From a virus (taxonomy: Duplodnaviria > Caudoviricetes), in IMG/VR virus record IMGVR_UViG_3300018914_000034, positions 1 through 58,174 of that record: a stretch of DNA of 58,174 nt. One strand, written 5' to 3'. Made by a program: the position numbers and the translations under genes. Positions within the stretch are counted from its first letter, which is position 1. Each line of letters starts with the position of its first letter. Under the pieces are notes generated by a model that did no database searches, had not been told where the DNA came from, and saw nothing but the letters and a program-made list of their open reading frames with translations. Positions 9,201-16,904 of the stretch are shown here, piece after piece.

Positions 9201-9466
9201 TCGGCTGATCGGCCGCGGAGATCGACGCCGGCCGCAAACGTGCCGTCCGGCTTCTGGATCTCGAGGACGGTCCCGGCCCAGCGGTGATTGACGCCCATCG
9301 TCGCGAGAAGCTGGGTCACTGCTTCTCGGTCGCTCGTGATCGACTGCGCAATCGTCGTGGCGCCATCGACCACGGCCTTGAAGGCAGTCCTATGGCGCTC
9401 GGCTGCCGCGAGCAGCTTCGTTGCAAGCTCAGCAACTGCACGAAGCTTGGTGGCTTCATCGGTCAT
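6272..9466 (-). CDS. Large tail fibre/receptor-binding protein (carbohydrate-binding + LamG-like domains)
   Basis: 1064 aa from ATG 9466 (AAGGGGA RBS); SAAASAAQAAASA linker, NLVSNGDFSGGLTGW CBM-like motif, LDFGTGDF..YNDGVWHF..ELWVDG LamG motif. Confidence 0.85.
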   Translation of the reverse strand: MTDEATKLRAVAELATKLLAAAERHRTAFKAVVDGATTIAQSITSDREAVTQLLATMGVNHRWAGTVLEIQKPDGTFAAGVDLRGRSAEFRAGPTGLEYRPVGTTEAWQTVSTFADALKAFSDSAAASAAQAAASAGVAGSGPATTLLYPALQKVLAAATDIVDVFIYDTRRDSDGGEWTTKCSGTSWYQEALNTATRGAKRDFPKIAAIVLRNNVSSSVPALVIYDLTDFDIATGVPRHWMTFFAAGNNALRQTGTIGTNINLTSVFAVNGRIYVGGGMAGGSGVGGLSILDFPNDTANYVASSFWGQYPLGLALRNANTLAWSGNGGGYFKAGIVDRNVFGVHARPLPGAPLDGAGLPVPTVAVATAGGTSVIHPTGAVYDIGLGNGTPLRPHITADGDLIEQDIASEHGFRAGPIPYADLTMTAWQREYYTYSGGSSVYPKLPTAVATALAVFPNGDAAQGSQVALTQIARSKWNKADSMVSYTALAYATGWQPGDIRGAWLCDGATGNVTGTANLVSNGDFSGGLTGWTVTKAGTSDATVSNGQLSVTHDGTNVVSVEQAITCVVGQTYIFECEVISGGASVAVTQTANGGGAWHVNLGPNGAQKIVAQFTADRTTHYILFRKSTAGTFVVDNVSIKVALLDRSYKGKPLPVVGTLSRTAVATGADLVALSGFSAANYLEQPYVSDLDFGTGDFALPFWFKGTVGDQTFFERGNGVAGYGFLCRFDALGRIIWRSTNNGATLTNAVSANPYNDGVWHFAVALRRAGTLELWVDGLRVATIGEANSLSNLSAFFRIGLQIAGTLPLANGSLALLRATAYAPTPAQIAKMYRDELPLFQDGAKAFLGGTSASVWDLDVDTSRDVLVVGTGDGVSEFKGLRRVAYFDTASLPELSNDNMKAVASQAGFRLMAGGAQAVVQRDAVNGLDAMNRYGPRPPEKMIFRGVTTDATPTNLAPRILVGERERGTATINVMAREYGAAGTELGHYTLQCRFGRSAGGSVAGAAVVSTHLEQTASMDVSFVPDATPQSMAVQVTGVAGKRIVWTAEVVSLTRISEETSYAA

Positions 9467-9479
9467 GGTGATCGTCCCC

Positions 9480-10565
9480 TTAAGATGCGGAACCGGTGCC
9501 GGAGAGCGCCGGGGCGTCGTCGAGGATGCCCCCGCCGACGGACCGGCCACGATCGTCTTTGCCGGTGCCCTTGCCCGGCTGCTTGAGAGTGAGGGTGGTC
9601 AGGAAGCCCGCCTGGCGCGTCCAGCTGTGCTCGACACTATCGATGCGATACATGCCGGACACACCGGCGCGGATGGTGACGAGGCACGGCGCCTCGGCGA
9701 GGGCTGCGGGATCCCCGTCGATCGTGACGGTCCCCCCGCCCTTCTCGCGCTCGGCTTCCCTTTCCATGGCGGAGCTCAGGCGCCCAGCGGTGTCCTGGTC
9801 GGCAGCGCTGAAGCGGGAGACGCCGACGCCGACCTCGGATCCGACCGCCCTCACCTCCCCGCGCTGGTTCTTCCACTTGGCCTCGGCTACGTCGTACCAG
9901 AGGGCCTCGAACTTCTGGCGCTGCGGCCGGCCGTCATCAGGGCCGAGATCCCATGCGACGATGTTGCCCGGTCGAGTGGCACGGATCGTCTGCAACGGCT
10001 GCCCCGAGGCGGATAGCCCCACCCCACGGGGCACGAAAACCGCGGTCCTGCCGATCACCTTGAAGGTGGCGCCGAGTTCGCGCGCCGTGCGCTGCGCCCA
10101 GTGCAGGAAGCTCTCTCGGCCGAGATACCAGTAGTCTCGCCGGATGCGGCCCAAATCGCCGCCGAACTTGAGCGTGTAACCTTCCGGAGCGAAGGCGCCG
10201 GCGGCCTCCTCGAAGCTCGCCTCATCCTTGTGCTTTTCCTTGCGGTCCTTCAGCCCACCGCGTAAGTCGGCGGCCTTGCCCGTTATCACGATCTCCTGAC
10301 CGCCTCCGCGCGCGCCCCGTGAGCGCGGTTCGTCGAGGACACCCTTGAACAGAGCGCGGCCGGGCACCTCATTGCGCCACATCTCAAGAGTGATCGCATC
10401 CCCGCTCGATGGGAAAGCGATCTGATCGTCCATATCGTCGAGGACAATCTGGCAGATATCCGAGGAAGCGCCGGAGGCGTCCTTGATCGAGGCGGATATT
10501 ACGGTGGCCAGCAAGTCACCCGAAACCGGGCGCTCGTTGATAGCAAGCGAAATGTGCGACGGCAT
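9480..10565 (-). CDS. Baseplate hub, P2 gpD-like
   Basis: SDICQIVLDD, ESFLHWAQR.A..LGATFKV, GMYRIDSVEHS..GF.TTLTL; follows U and X. Confidence 0.88.
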   Translation of the reverse strand: MPSHISLAINERPVSGDLLATVISASIKDASGASSDICQIVLDDMDDQIAFPSSGDAITLEMWRNEVPGRALFKGVLDEPRSRGARGGGQEIVITGKAADLRGGLKDRKEKHKDEASFEEAAGAFAPEGYTLKFGGDLGRIRRDYWYLGRESFLHWAQRTARELGATFKVIGRTAVFVPRGVGLSASGQPLQTIRATRPGNIVAWDLGPDDGRPQRQKFEALWYDVAEAKWKNQRGEVRAVGSEVGVGVSRFSAADQDTAGRLSSAMEREAEREKGGGTVTIDGDPAALAEAPCLVTIRAGVSGMYRIDSVEHSWTRQAGFLTTLTLKQPGKGTGKDDRGRSVGGGILDDAPALSGTGSAS

Positions 10566-10573
10566 GATCACCC

Positions 10574-10801
10574 TCAGTCTGTGAGGCGGAGGACCCGCAC
10601 CTGACGCGCAGGCTGATCCTGCGGGGGTTCGACCACCACACGGGTGCCGAGCGGCAGGAACGCCCCCTTGTCCGCTAGCCCGGGGTTAATGCTGTAGGTC
10701 TTCTCGACTAGCCCGGGGATCTCACGTCCGAAGCGGCGGAAGAGCAGCAGATCAAGAGTCATGTACCGGCTCTGCACCGGCGGGAGCGTTTCCGTCGTCA
10801 T
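10574..10801 (-). CDS. Tail protein X (LysM-like)
   Basis: TLDLLLFR..GLVEKTY.INPGLA..G.FLP.GT..VLRLTD; ATGA overlap with the gpU stop. Confidence 0.85.
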   Translation of the reverse strand: MTTETLPPVQSRYMTLDLLLFRRFGREIPGLVEKTYSINPGLADKGAFLPLGTRVVVEPPQDQPARQVRVLRLTD

Positions 10802-11226
10802 AGCCCGATGAGCCTCATGATGGTTTTGACGTACCCGAGCCCGGATGCCGGCTTGGGCGATTTCTTGAGAACGAGATCGTATTCGATCACGCGCCCGACG
10901 CCCTGATCGTCGAGGTAAGTGTCCCGTGCGCGGTAGCGGTCCACGACCCACCAGCCCAGGTTCCGGCCATCGCCACGCACGACGATGTGCGGCTCGCCGG
11001 AGACGCGCATCTCCTCGAGCACGTCGAGGCTCGACAATCCTCCCCATCTGCGGGGATAGAGACGTCCGCGCAGCGTCCGGACGCTCTCTCCTTCGCCCTG
11101 ATATTCGAGCGGGCGCAGCACGCCGATCACGTCCTTGGCAGCGAAATCCGCTGAGGCTTCGAGCTCGACCTCGTGGAGGTTGGGCGCCGACACACGGAAG
11201 GTGAGCGCCCCGACTTGGTAGAGCAT
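10798..11226 (-). CDS. Tail tube initiator, P2 gpU-like
   Basis: MLYQVG..F, GEG...TLRG, RGDG..LGWWVV, IEYDLVL. Confidence 0.88.
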   Translation of the reverse strand: MLYQVGALTFRVSAPNLHEVELEASADFAAKDVIGVLRPLEYQGEGESVRTLRGRLYPRRWGGLSSLDVLEEMRVSGEPHIVVRGDGRNLGWWVVDRYRARDTYLDDQGVGRVIEYDLVLKKSPKPASGLGYVKTIMRLIGL

Positions 11227-11237
11227 GGATAGCTCCC

Positions 11238-13343
11238 TTATGTGTGTTCGTAGTCGGCGTAGGAGCCTCGCCGCCGGGAGGCCAGCTCCTGTCCCATCGC
11301 TCGGGAGGAGGCCTGCTGCGCTGCTGGCGCCGGAGGGGCGATCGCTGCGGTGGCTGCGGATGCCTGGCGGCTCGCCCCGCTGATCTGCTGAAGGGTGGCG
11401 AGCAACCGGTCGGCCTTGGCCTGAGCCGCGTCGAGGGAGGCCACATCGATATGAGGCACGACGGTGGTGTCGAGAGCCCTGACCGCCTCACTAGCCTCCG
11501 CCGCCTTGCCTCGGGCCGCTTCAAGGCCGGTCAGGTCGACCACAGGTGTCCCGCCCTTGCCGAAGCCGAATGACGCCCCGCCGCCAAGGGTCGGTGCGAC
11601 TGTCTCCCGCTGCGACCGGAAGGCCTCCACCGTTGGGTTCAAAGCCCGACTCATGCTGGACTCGAAAGCCCGGACCTTGTCGCGAGCAGCCGCCAGCTCG
11701 CTGGCGATAGCGTCGAGTTCGGCCAGGGCCGATTCCGCCGCCGCCACCCGTGACAATCCCTTTCGCTCGAGTCCGGCACCCACCGCCGATTTGGTGCCGA
11801 AGTTCTGCCGGTTGGCCGTGAGGAACCGCTGCGCCGTCGAGAGTTCAGCCTGCAGATTCTGGCGCTTGCGCTCGATCTCCTGATCGAGCGCATAAGCCTT
11901 GTCCTCAGCCATACGGCGAAAATGCTGCTGCGCCTGGTTGATGGCAAGCGGCATGTCCCAACTGCGTTCGAGACGGTCGTCGCCATAGATTTCCTGGCTT
12001 GCCGGTGCGGCGGTGGCCTGCTCGTTCTTGAGGCGCTCGCCCTCAGCTTTTGTCTCGGCTGCGGTCGGTGTCAGCAGAGCTTTGAGCCCGCCCTCGTCGT
12101 ACTTGCGCGAGATGTCATCAAGCTTCCGCTCGATGGCATCCAATGCCTCGTGCGCCTGCTCGGCTCCCCAGCCCAGCCCCAGCTTGATCGGACGCCCGAG
12201 TCGGGTCGTGAGCGAGTCCCATGCCTTTTCGGCTCGTTCAATCTTGGCGAAGTCCTTTTCCTGCCAGAGCTCGAAGCCTTTTTGGACGGAGCCGACATAG
12301 TTCTTCTTATCGCCCATAGTCTGCAGCAGGGCATTGACCCGAGGCAGCTGGTTGATCAGGCGAGCGATGTCGTCCTGGTACTCCTTGCCGAACAGGTTAG
12401 TCAGGATCTCCGCGCGCTTCAGGGGATCAGAGACCTTGCTGATCTTGGTGAGCAGACCGAGGGTCGCCTGCAGGGGCTTGGCGGCGAATTCCCTGCGCAT
12501 CTTCGTGGAGTTGACGCCGAGCGCCTTCAGGCCATCGCCGGCGCTGTCGGAGAACTCTTCGCCGAGCTGCATCAGATTGAGGAGGGCATTGTAGCCCGTG
12601 GCTGCCACCTCCGTTGTGGTGCCTACTTCCTTGAGGGCCGCGCCGAACGCGAGTGTCTGCTCAGCCGCTATCCCGACTTGACGCGAAGTGCCGCCTGTGC
12701 GCCGCAGGAATTCGAGCAGGTCCGATTCCTTCGAGGCTGAGGAATCTGCCGCCGTGTTGATCGCGTCGCCGATCTCCTCGATGCGCTCCTGGTTGGCCTG
12801 GTAGATGTTGCCGATCTCGGCCAACCCCTGCCCGACCTCCGCAGTGTTCATTTCCCAGGCGCTGGTGGCTTTGGCCGCATATTCGGTGAACCGCGCGAGC
12901 TCCTGCACAGGGCGTCCGGCGAATCCGGCGGACGCAAAGATATCGGCCACGTCCTCATTGGCCTTGCCGGTGAGCTTTGAGATCCGCAGGATTTCCCGAC
13001 CGTGCTTCTCGGCTGCAGCGCCTGAGGTGTCGGTGGCCTTCTCGACCCGGTACATGGCCCGCTCGAAGGATAGAGCCTCCTTGCCGGCCTTGTGGAGCGA
13101 AGCTCCGGCGACGAATGCCGCCACGCCGATCGCGCCACCGCGCGCCGAGAGCGCCAAGCCGGCACCGTCGAGGGCGTCCCCGGCCATCGCCAGCGAACGG
13201 GTCGACGCCGTCAGCGCCCGCGATCCACCTCTGGCATTCTTGGCAGCACGGTCGAGATCTCGGATCGAGCGGGCCGCTTTGCCGGCTGGCCCGGACACCT
13301 CGTCCTTGAGGCGGACCGTCAGCTGTGACGTTCGGTTAGCCAT
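11238..13343 (-). CDS. Tape measure protein (TP901 core)
   Basis: 701 aa Ala-rich helical; DAINTAAD, LFGKE motifs; between chaperone and gpU. Confidence 0.92.
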   Translation of the reverse strand: MANRTSQLTVRLKDEVSGPAGKAARSIRDLDRAAKNARGGSRALTASTRSLAMAGDALDGAGLALSARGGAIGVAAFVAGASLHKAGKEALSFERAMYRVEKATDTSGAAAEKHGREILRISKLTGKANEDVADIFASAGFAGRPVQELARFTEYAAKATSAWEMNTAEVGQGLAEIGNIYQANQERIEEIGDAINTAADSSASKESDLLEFLRRTGGTSRQVGIAAEQTLAFGAALKEVGTTTEVAATGYNALLNLMQLGEEFSDSAGDGLKALGVNSTKMRREFAAKPLQATLGLLTKISKVSDPLKRAEILTNLFGKEYQDDIARLINQLPRVNALLQTMGDKKNYVGSVQKGFELWQEKDFAKIERAEKAWDSLTTRLGRPIKLGLGWGAEQAHEALDAIERKLDDISRKYDEGGLKALLTPTAAETKAEGERLKNEQATAAPASQEIYGDDRLERSWDMPLAINQAQQHFRRMAEDKAYALDQEIERKRQNLQAELSTAQRFLTANRQNFGTKSAVGAGLERKGLSRVAAAESALAELDAIASELAAARDKVRAFESSMSRALNPTVEAFRSQRETVAPTLGGGASFGFGKGGTPVVDLTGLEAARGKAAEASEAVRALDTTVVPHIDVASLDAAQAKADRLLATLQQISGASRQASAATAAIAPPAPAAQQASSRAMGQELASRRRGSYADYEHT

Positions 13344-13847
13344 GGATGGGCTCCACTAGGCGAAGCGCGACCGCCTCCTCGTACCAGCCGAGGAGTTCGA
13401 GCCAATCGTAGGATCTGAGATCGCGGAGGTTCTGATTCAGTCCGCTTGCGACTGCGGCGACGTATCGGCGCCAGAGAGCAGGGTTAGCCCGAGCACCCGT
13501 CGCAAGCGTCGGGGCAAAAAACTTTGCGCGACCTCGTAAAGGCGCGCGTCGTCGTCGTCGATCATGACGCCCGACCCGAACAGGCCGGGCGGCACCGGAT
13601 CGCCGCCGGGCAGGGTCGTCATGGCCTCGCAGAGGTTCACCTCGGCCCCGCTCTTCAGGGCCTCCAGGATGACCTCGACCTGCGCCACCGTCAGGCGCCG
13701 AACCTCGAAGGCAGTGATCGTGACCCCGCCATAAGTGAAGGGGAACTCGAGTTCGACGCGTTGGGAGAGCGGCCGGCCCTCGACCTGCAGAAACTCAGCC
13801 TTCAGGGGCTCAGCCGGAGCCGGTATTTCCTCGCGATGTTCTATCAT
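13336..13847 (-). CDS. Tail assembly chaperone, extended -1 frameshift product (gpE+E'-like)
   Basis: Slippery TTTTTTG at 13515-13521; the -1 frame reads APTLATG...YDWLELLGWYEEAVALR..HG* to TAA 13336-13338. Confidence 0.75.
13437..13847 (-). CDS. Tail assembly chaperone (gpE-like)
   Basis: VELEFPF..G..I....VRRLTV, DDDD..L..V..SFL motif; precedes the tape measure. Confidence 0.85.
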   Translation of the reverse strand: MIEHREEIPAPAEPLKAEFLQVEGRPLSQRVELEFPFTYGGVTITAFEVRRLTVAQVEVILEALKSGAEVNLCEAMTTLPGGDPVPPGLFGSGVMIDDDDARLYEVAQSFLPRRLRRVLGLTLLSGADTSPQSQAD

Positions 13848-13894
13848 GATATGAAGCCTTCCTGGACGTTTTCGGCCCGGATGGGGAGAATGGA

Positions 13895-14308
13895 ATGGAT
13901 GGATGGATCAGGCTGCTGGAATCCTTGACCCGGCTCGTAGAAACGGCGCCTTGGCTCGCCTTCGTGTTTTTCTGTCTCCCTGGAATCCTGGCGCTCTTCA
14001 TGCGAAGCGCCGCCGGAACACTGGCCGGAAGCGGCCTCGGTCTTGTGGCTGGAGTACTCGTCGGCACGACAAGTAGCGGCTGGCCTCTCTTCATTTGGCT
14101 CTTCGCCTGTCTCGTCGGCCTTTTCTTCGGCGTGTGGAAGCGCAGAGAGAGCCAAGCCGAGCGCCGGCACCAGGAACTTATGTCGGCTATCCGCATCGGC
14201 CGTACGACACCGTCTACGCCGGTCGAGCCACCTTCCGGTCCTACCCAAGCGCCTCAGTTCGGTGGCCATCAGGGCACGATGAAGCCTGGGGCGGAGTTTG
14301 CCCGATAA
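13895..14308 (+). CDS. Antisense moron membrane protein (3 TM, Pro-rich tail)
   Basis: GGGGAG RBS; three hydrophobic segments followed by KRRE; opposite to the tail operon. Confidence 0.75.
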   Translation: MDGWIRLLESLTRLVETAPWLAFVFFCLPGILALFMRSAAGTLAGSGLGLVAGVLVGTTSSGWPLFIWLFACLVGLFFGVWKRRESQAERRHQELMSAIRIGRTTPSTPVEPPSGPTQAPQFGGHQGTMKPGAEFAR

Positions 14309-14355
14309 CTTGAGTGGCTGCCGCCAGGGTTTAGACCCTCCTGGCGGCTTGCTCA

Positions 14356-14886
14356 TCAGTAGCGCAGAATCCTGCGTTCGTCGGCGTTCTGGTCGACGCC
14401 GTCGACCCGCCAAGTGCCGTTCTCCCAATCGTAGTAGTACTTCTCGGCGCCATCGAAATAGACCGCGTAGCGCAGGATCTCCTTGATCGTGTGATCATGA
14501 CCGATCAGGTTGTCGCCGCGCGAGAACTCGTCACTCTCGATCCGGGCCAGCCGCCCCCACATGATCGCCTTGACCTCGATGGCCTTGTTGGTGATGTCCT
14601 TGTTCCGGACGAGACCGTAGCAGGTGTACGGGATGCGCCCGCGCTGGCCGAGGCCGAACTGGCTCAGGGTTTGCGGATCCCAGCCGGTCTGCTTGAAGGT
14701 GGCCTCGAGCGCGGCGAGGCCGAGACCGCCGACCTCAATCGCACCGAGCGCGCCGCCGGCATGGTGGCTGGAGGTGATCTCCTCAAGGGTCGGCAGCTTG
14801 ATCGAGGCGAGGTTGTTGCGCTTGTTGGCGTTCGGCGCGTCGTCGCCGACATAGAGGTTGACGGCCTCCTGGATAAGCAAAGGCAT
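14356..14886 (-). CDS. Major tail tube protein (P2 FII-like)
   Basis: IKLPTL....HHAGG..G.IEV, LEATFK, YY.DW.N...RVDGVDQ. Confidence 0.92.
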   Translation of the reverse strand: MPLLIQEAVNLYVGDDAPNANKRNNLASIKLPTLEEITSSHHAGGALGAIEVGGLGLAALEATFKQTGWDPQTLSQFGLGQRGRIPYTCYGLVRNKDITNKAIEVKAIMWGRLARIESDEFSRGDNLIGHDHTIKEILRYAVYFDGAEKYYYDWENGTWRVDGVDQNADERRILRY

Positions 14887-14965
14887 GGTCCGGTTCCTTC
14901 AAAAAGAATGACGGGAAGACGAAAAACGGCGCGCGGATCACGGCGCACCGCCTTAGGCCACTCGA

Positions 14966-16819
14966 TCAGGCCGCAAACCCGAGCAGTTGGTCGGTGCTGG
15001 TGACCAGGTCCTCGAGCAGGACGTTCAGGGACTCGCGATTGCGCCGGCTGTCGACCGTGACGTGCTTGAGGGTCGGCGGCTCCTCGACAGCGTAGAACGT
15101 CCGGATGCGACCAAGTCGCAGGTTCTCCGGATTGTTCTTGTCCTCCTCGAAGCCGACCCGCCACCCGGGCAGGATTGCGCCCTTGGCCTGAAGGTCGGAC
15201 AAGAAGGCGATATGGTCGTTGAGGACGGCCTGGATCCCGTGCCGTGTGATGTTGGTCCGCCCCAGACGACGGCGCGTCGCCCGCAGCAGGGCCAAGTGCT
15301 CATAATCGCGCAAGCGGGAGACATTGATCATCCTCCACTTCGGATCCTCAGCGCAGGTGTCGGTGCAGATCAAGACGAACCCGGAATCGGAGATCGCCGT
15401 CTCAAGCCCGAGCTCGCCGCGCTGGGTGATGCCGATTTGGTGGCTGAGGAGGATCTGTCCGTCCGTCGCGCCATCGGTTAGCGAGAAAGCATCGTACCTC
15501 TTCAGGCCGATGATGCCTTGCACCGGACGATTCGCAGGTGCGTACATCGGAATCCCACCGGCCTCGAAGTCGGCAGCGATCTGCTGGCCGATGGCCACCA
15601 CTGCCCCGTCCTCCTCCACATCGGAGGTGCCAACCCGCACAATGTCCCAGTTGTCGAGGGCGATCAGGTTCTCGCTGTTGATCGTCTCGCGCCAGTCGAG
15701 CGCATCGCGCACCGTAGTTCCGGGACCGCCGACATAGGCTTTCGCGAGAAGCGCGTTGGTGATCTGAGACAGGATAGCGCAGACCGGGTTGGCCTGTGCC
15801 AGGCCGCCGGTCATGCCGACCGTCACGTCGAAGCCATCCCCCACCGCGAAATCCGTCGAGCCGTCGGCGATCGTGAAACGGATATGGGATCCACCATAGG
15901 GTACGCCCACGGTGGCATCAGCAAGCGCGACACCGTCCGGGTCTGTCACGGAGAACACGCCGGCATTGGACGGGACCGCATGAGCAACCGTGATCTGGAA
16001 TTGGTCTCCCACGGCGAAGTCCACCGAGCCGTCGGCAATCGAAAACACCACCGGTCCGTTGTAACCCTGACCGACAGTGACGACGCCGATGGTCTGGCCG
16101 CCCGGGTTCTCGATCACGAAGGTGCCGCCGTTGGCCGCCGCTGCGAAACACGTGGCGGTGTAGATGCCCGGAACGGCGCCCACGCCGGCTGCAACGCCAC
16201 TGATAGCGCCGTTGCCCACGTTCCCGGCCTTGGGCTGGGCCGTCGCCGAGAAGGTGCCGCCAGTGCAGCGCACCCGATAGACGCCACGTTTGACGCTCGC
16301 GCCATAAGCCGGCGCCGAGGCCAAGGTCAGAGTGCCGTTGCCGGAGTTGCCGCCAGTTTTCACCGCGCTGTTGACGGTCGTAGCGCCGGCCGTGCGCGTG
16401 AACTTGCCCGTGAAACCAGGCGATCCCAGGAGGCGGGGGATCACCCCAAGACGCTGCCCTGCCTGCAGCATGGCATGCCACCCGGTGCCCGCAGCCGGAT
16501 CGCCGACGATGTTGGCGATGGTCTCGTCGATGGTAGCCCCCTGCGGGACGCGCACCACCACGAGCCGTGCCGCGATCTGGAGGCGGGCAAGCTGAGCGTT
16601 GAGTTTTACGACCGCCCGGTAAAGAGGCCCGGACCCGAGCTTACCTAGGTAGTTTAGGTCGTTCGAGTTGAAAGTGACCGCCACATGGTAGGGAAACGCG
16701 GATGGGTCTGCATCGGCGGATGGCAGCACGAAGCCTGCAACGGAGAGATCGCTGGCGACGACCGAGCTCGGCTCGCTGTCATCGCGAAGGAAAGTCATGC
16801 CGAAGGTGGATTCGGTCAT
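14966..16819 (-). CDS. Contractile tail sheath (P2 FI-like) with large inserted domains
   Basis: AAGGAG RBS; GVIPRLLGSPGFT, PANRPV.GI, T...DP.W..INV.R..D, NNPENLRLG motifs. Confidence 0.92.
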   Translation of the reverse strand: MTESTFGMTFLRDDSEPSSVVASDLSVAGFVLPSADADPSAFPYHVAVTFNSNDLNYLGKLGSGPLYRAVVKLNAQLARLQIAARLVVVRVPQGATIDETIANIVGDPAAGTGWHAMLQAGQRLGVIPRLLGSPGFTGKFTRTAGATTVNSAVKTGGNSGNGTLTLASAPAYGASVKRGVYRVRCTGGTFSATAQPKAGNVGNGAISGVAAGVGAVPGIYTATCFAAAANGGTFVIENPGGQTIGVVTVGQGYNGPVVFSIADGSVDFAVGDQFQITVAHAVPSNAGVFSVTDPDGVALADATVGVPYGGSHIRFTIADGSTDFAVGDGFDVTVGMTGGLAQANPVCAILSQITNALLAKAYVGGPGTTVRDALDWRETINSENLIALDNWDIVRVGTSDVEEDGAVVAIGQQIAADFEAGGIPMYAPANRPVQGIIGLKRYDAFSLTDGATDGQILLSHQIGITQRGELGLETAISDSGFVLICTDTCAEDPKWRMINVSRLRDYEHLALLRATRRRLGRTNITRHGIQAVLNDHIAFLSDLQAKGAILPGWRVGFEEDKNNPENLRLGRIRTFYAVEEPPTLKHVTVDSRRNRESLNVLLEDLVTSTDQLLGFAA

Positions 16820-16834
16820 CGGTTGCTCCTTGTG

Positions 16835-16862
16835 AAAGAAAAGGCTGCCTTCACAGGCAGCC
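16835..16862 (-). terminator. Terminator-like hairpin just upstream of the sheath gene
   Basis: GGCTGCCT-TCAC-AGGCAGCC followed by TTTTCTTT on the minus strand. Confidence 0.6.
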
Positions 16863-16904
16863 GGGTGAACGCGACGGCAATCCGTGCGGGATGGGAACGT
16901 GTGA

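Noticed and set aside
6272-9466. Diversity-generating retroelement or invertible fibre cassette
   Set aside because: No reverse transcriptase, invertase, TR/VR pair or flanking inverted repeats seen.
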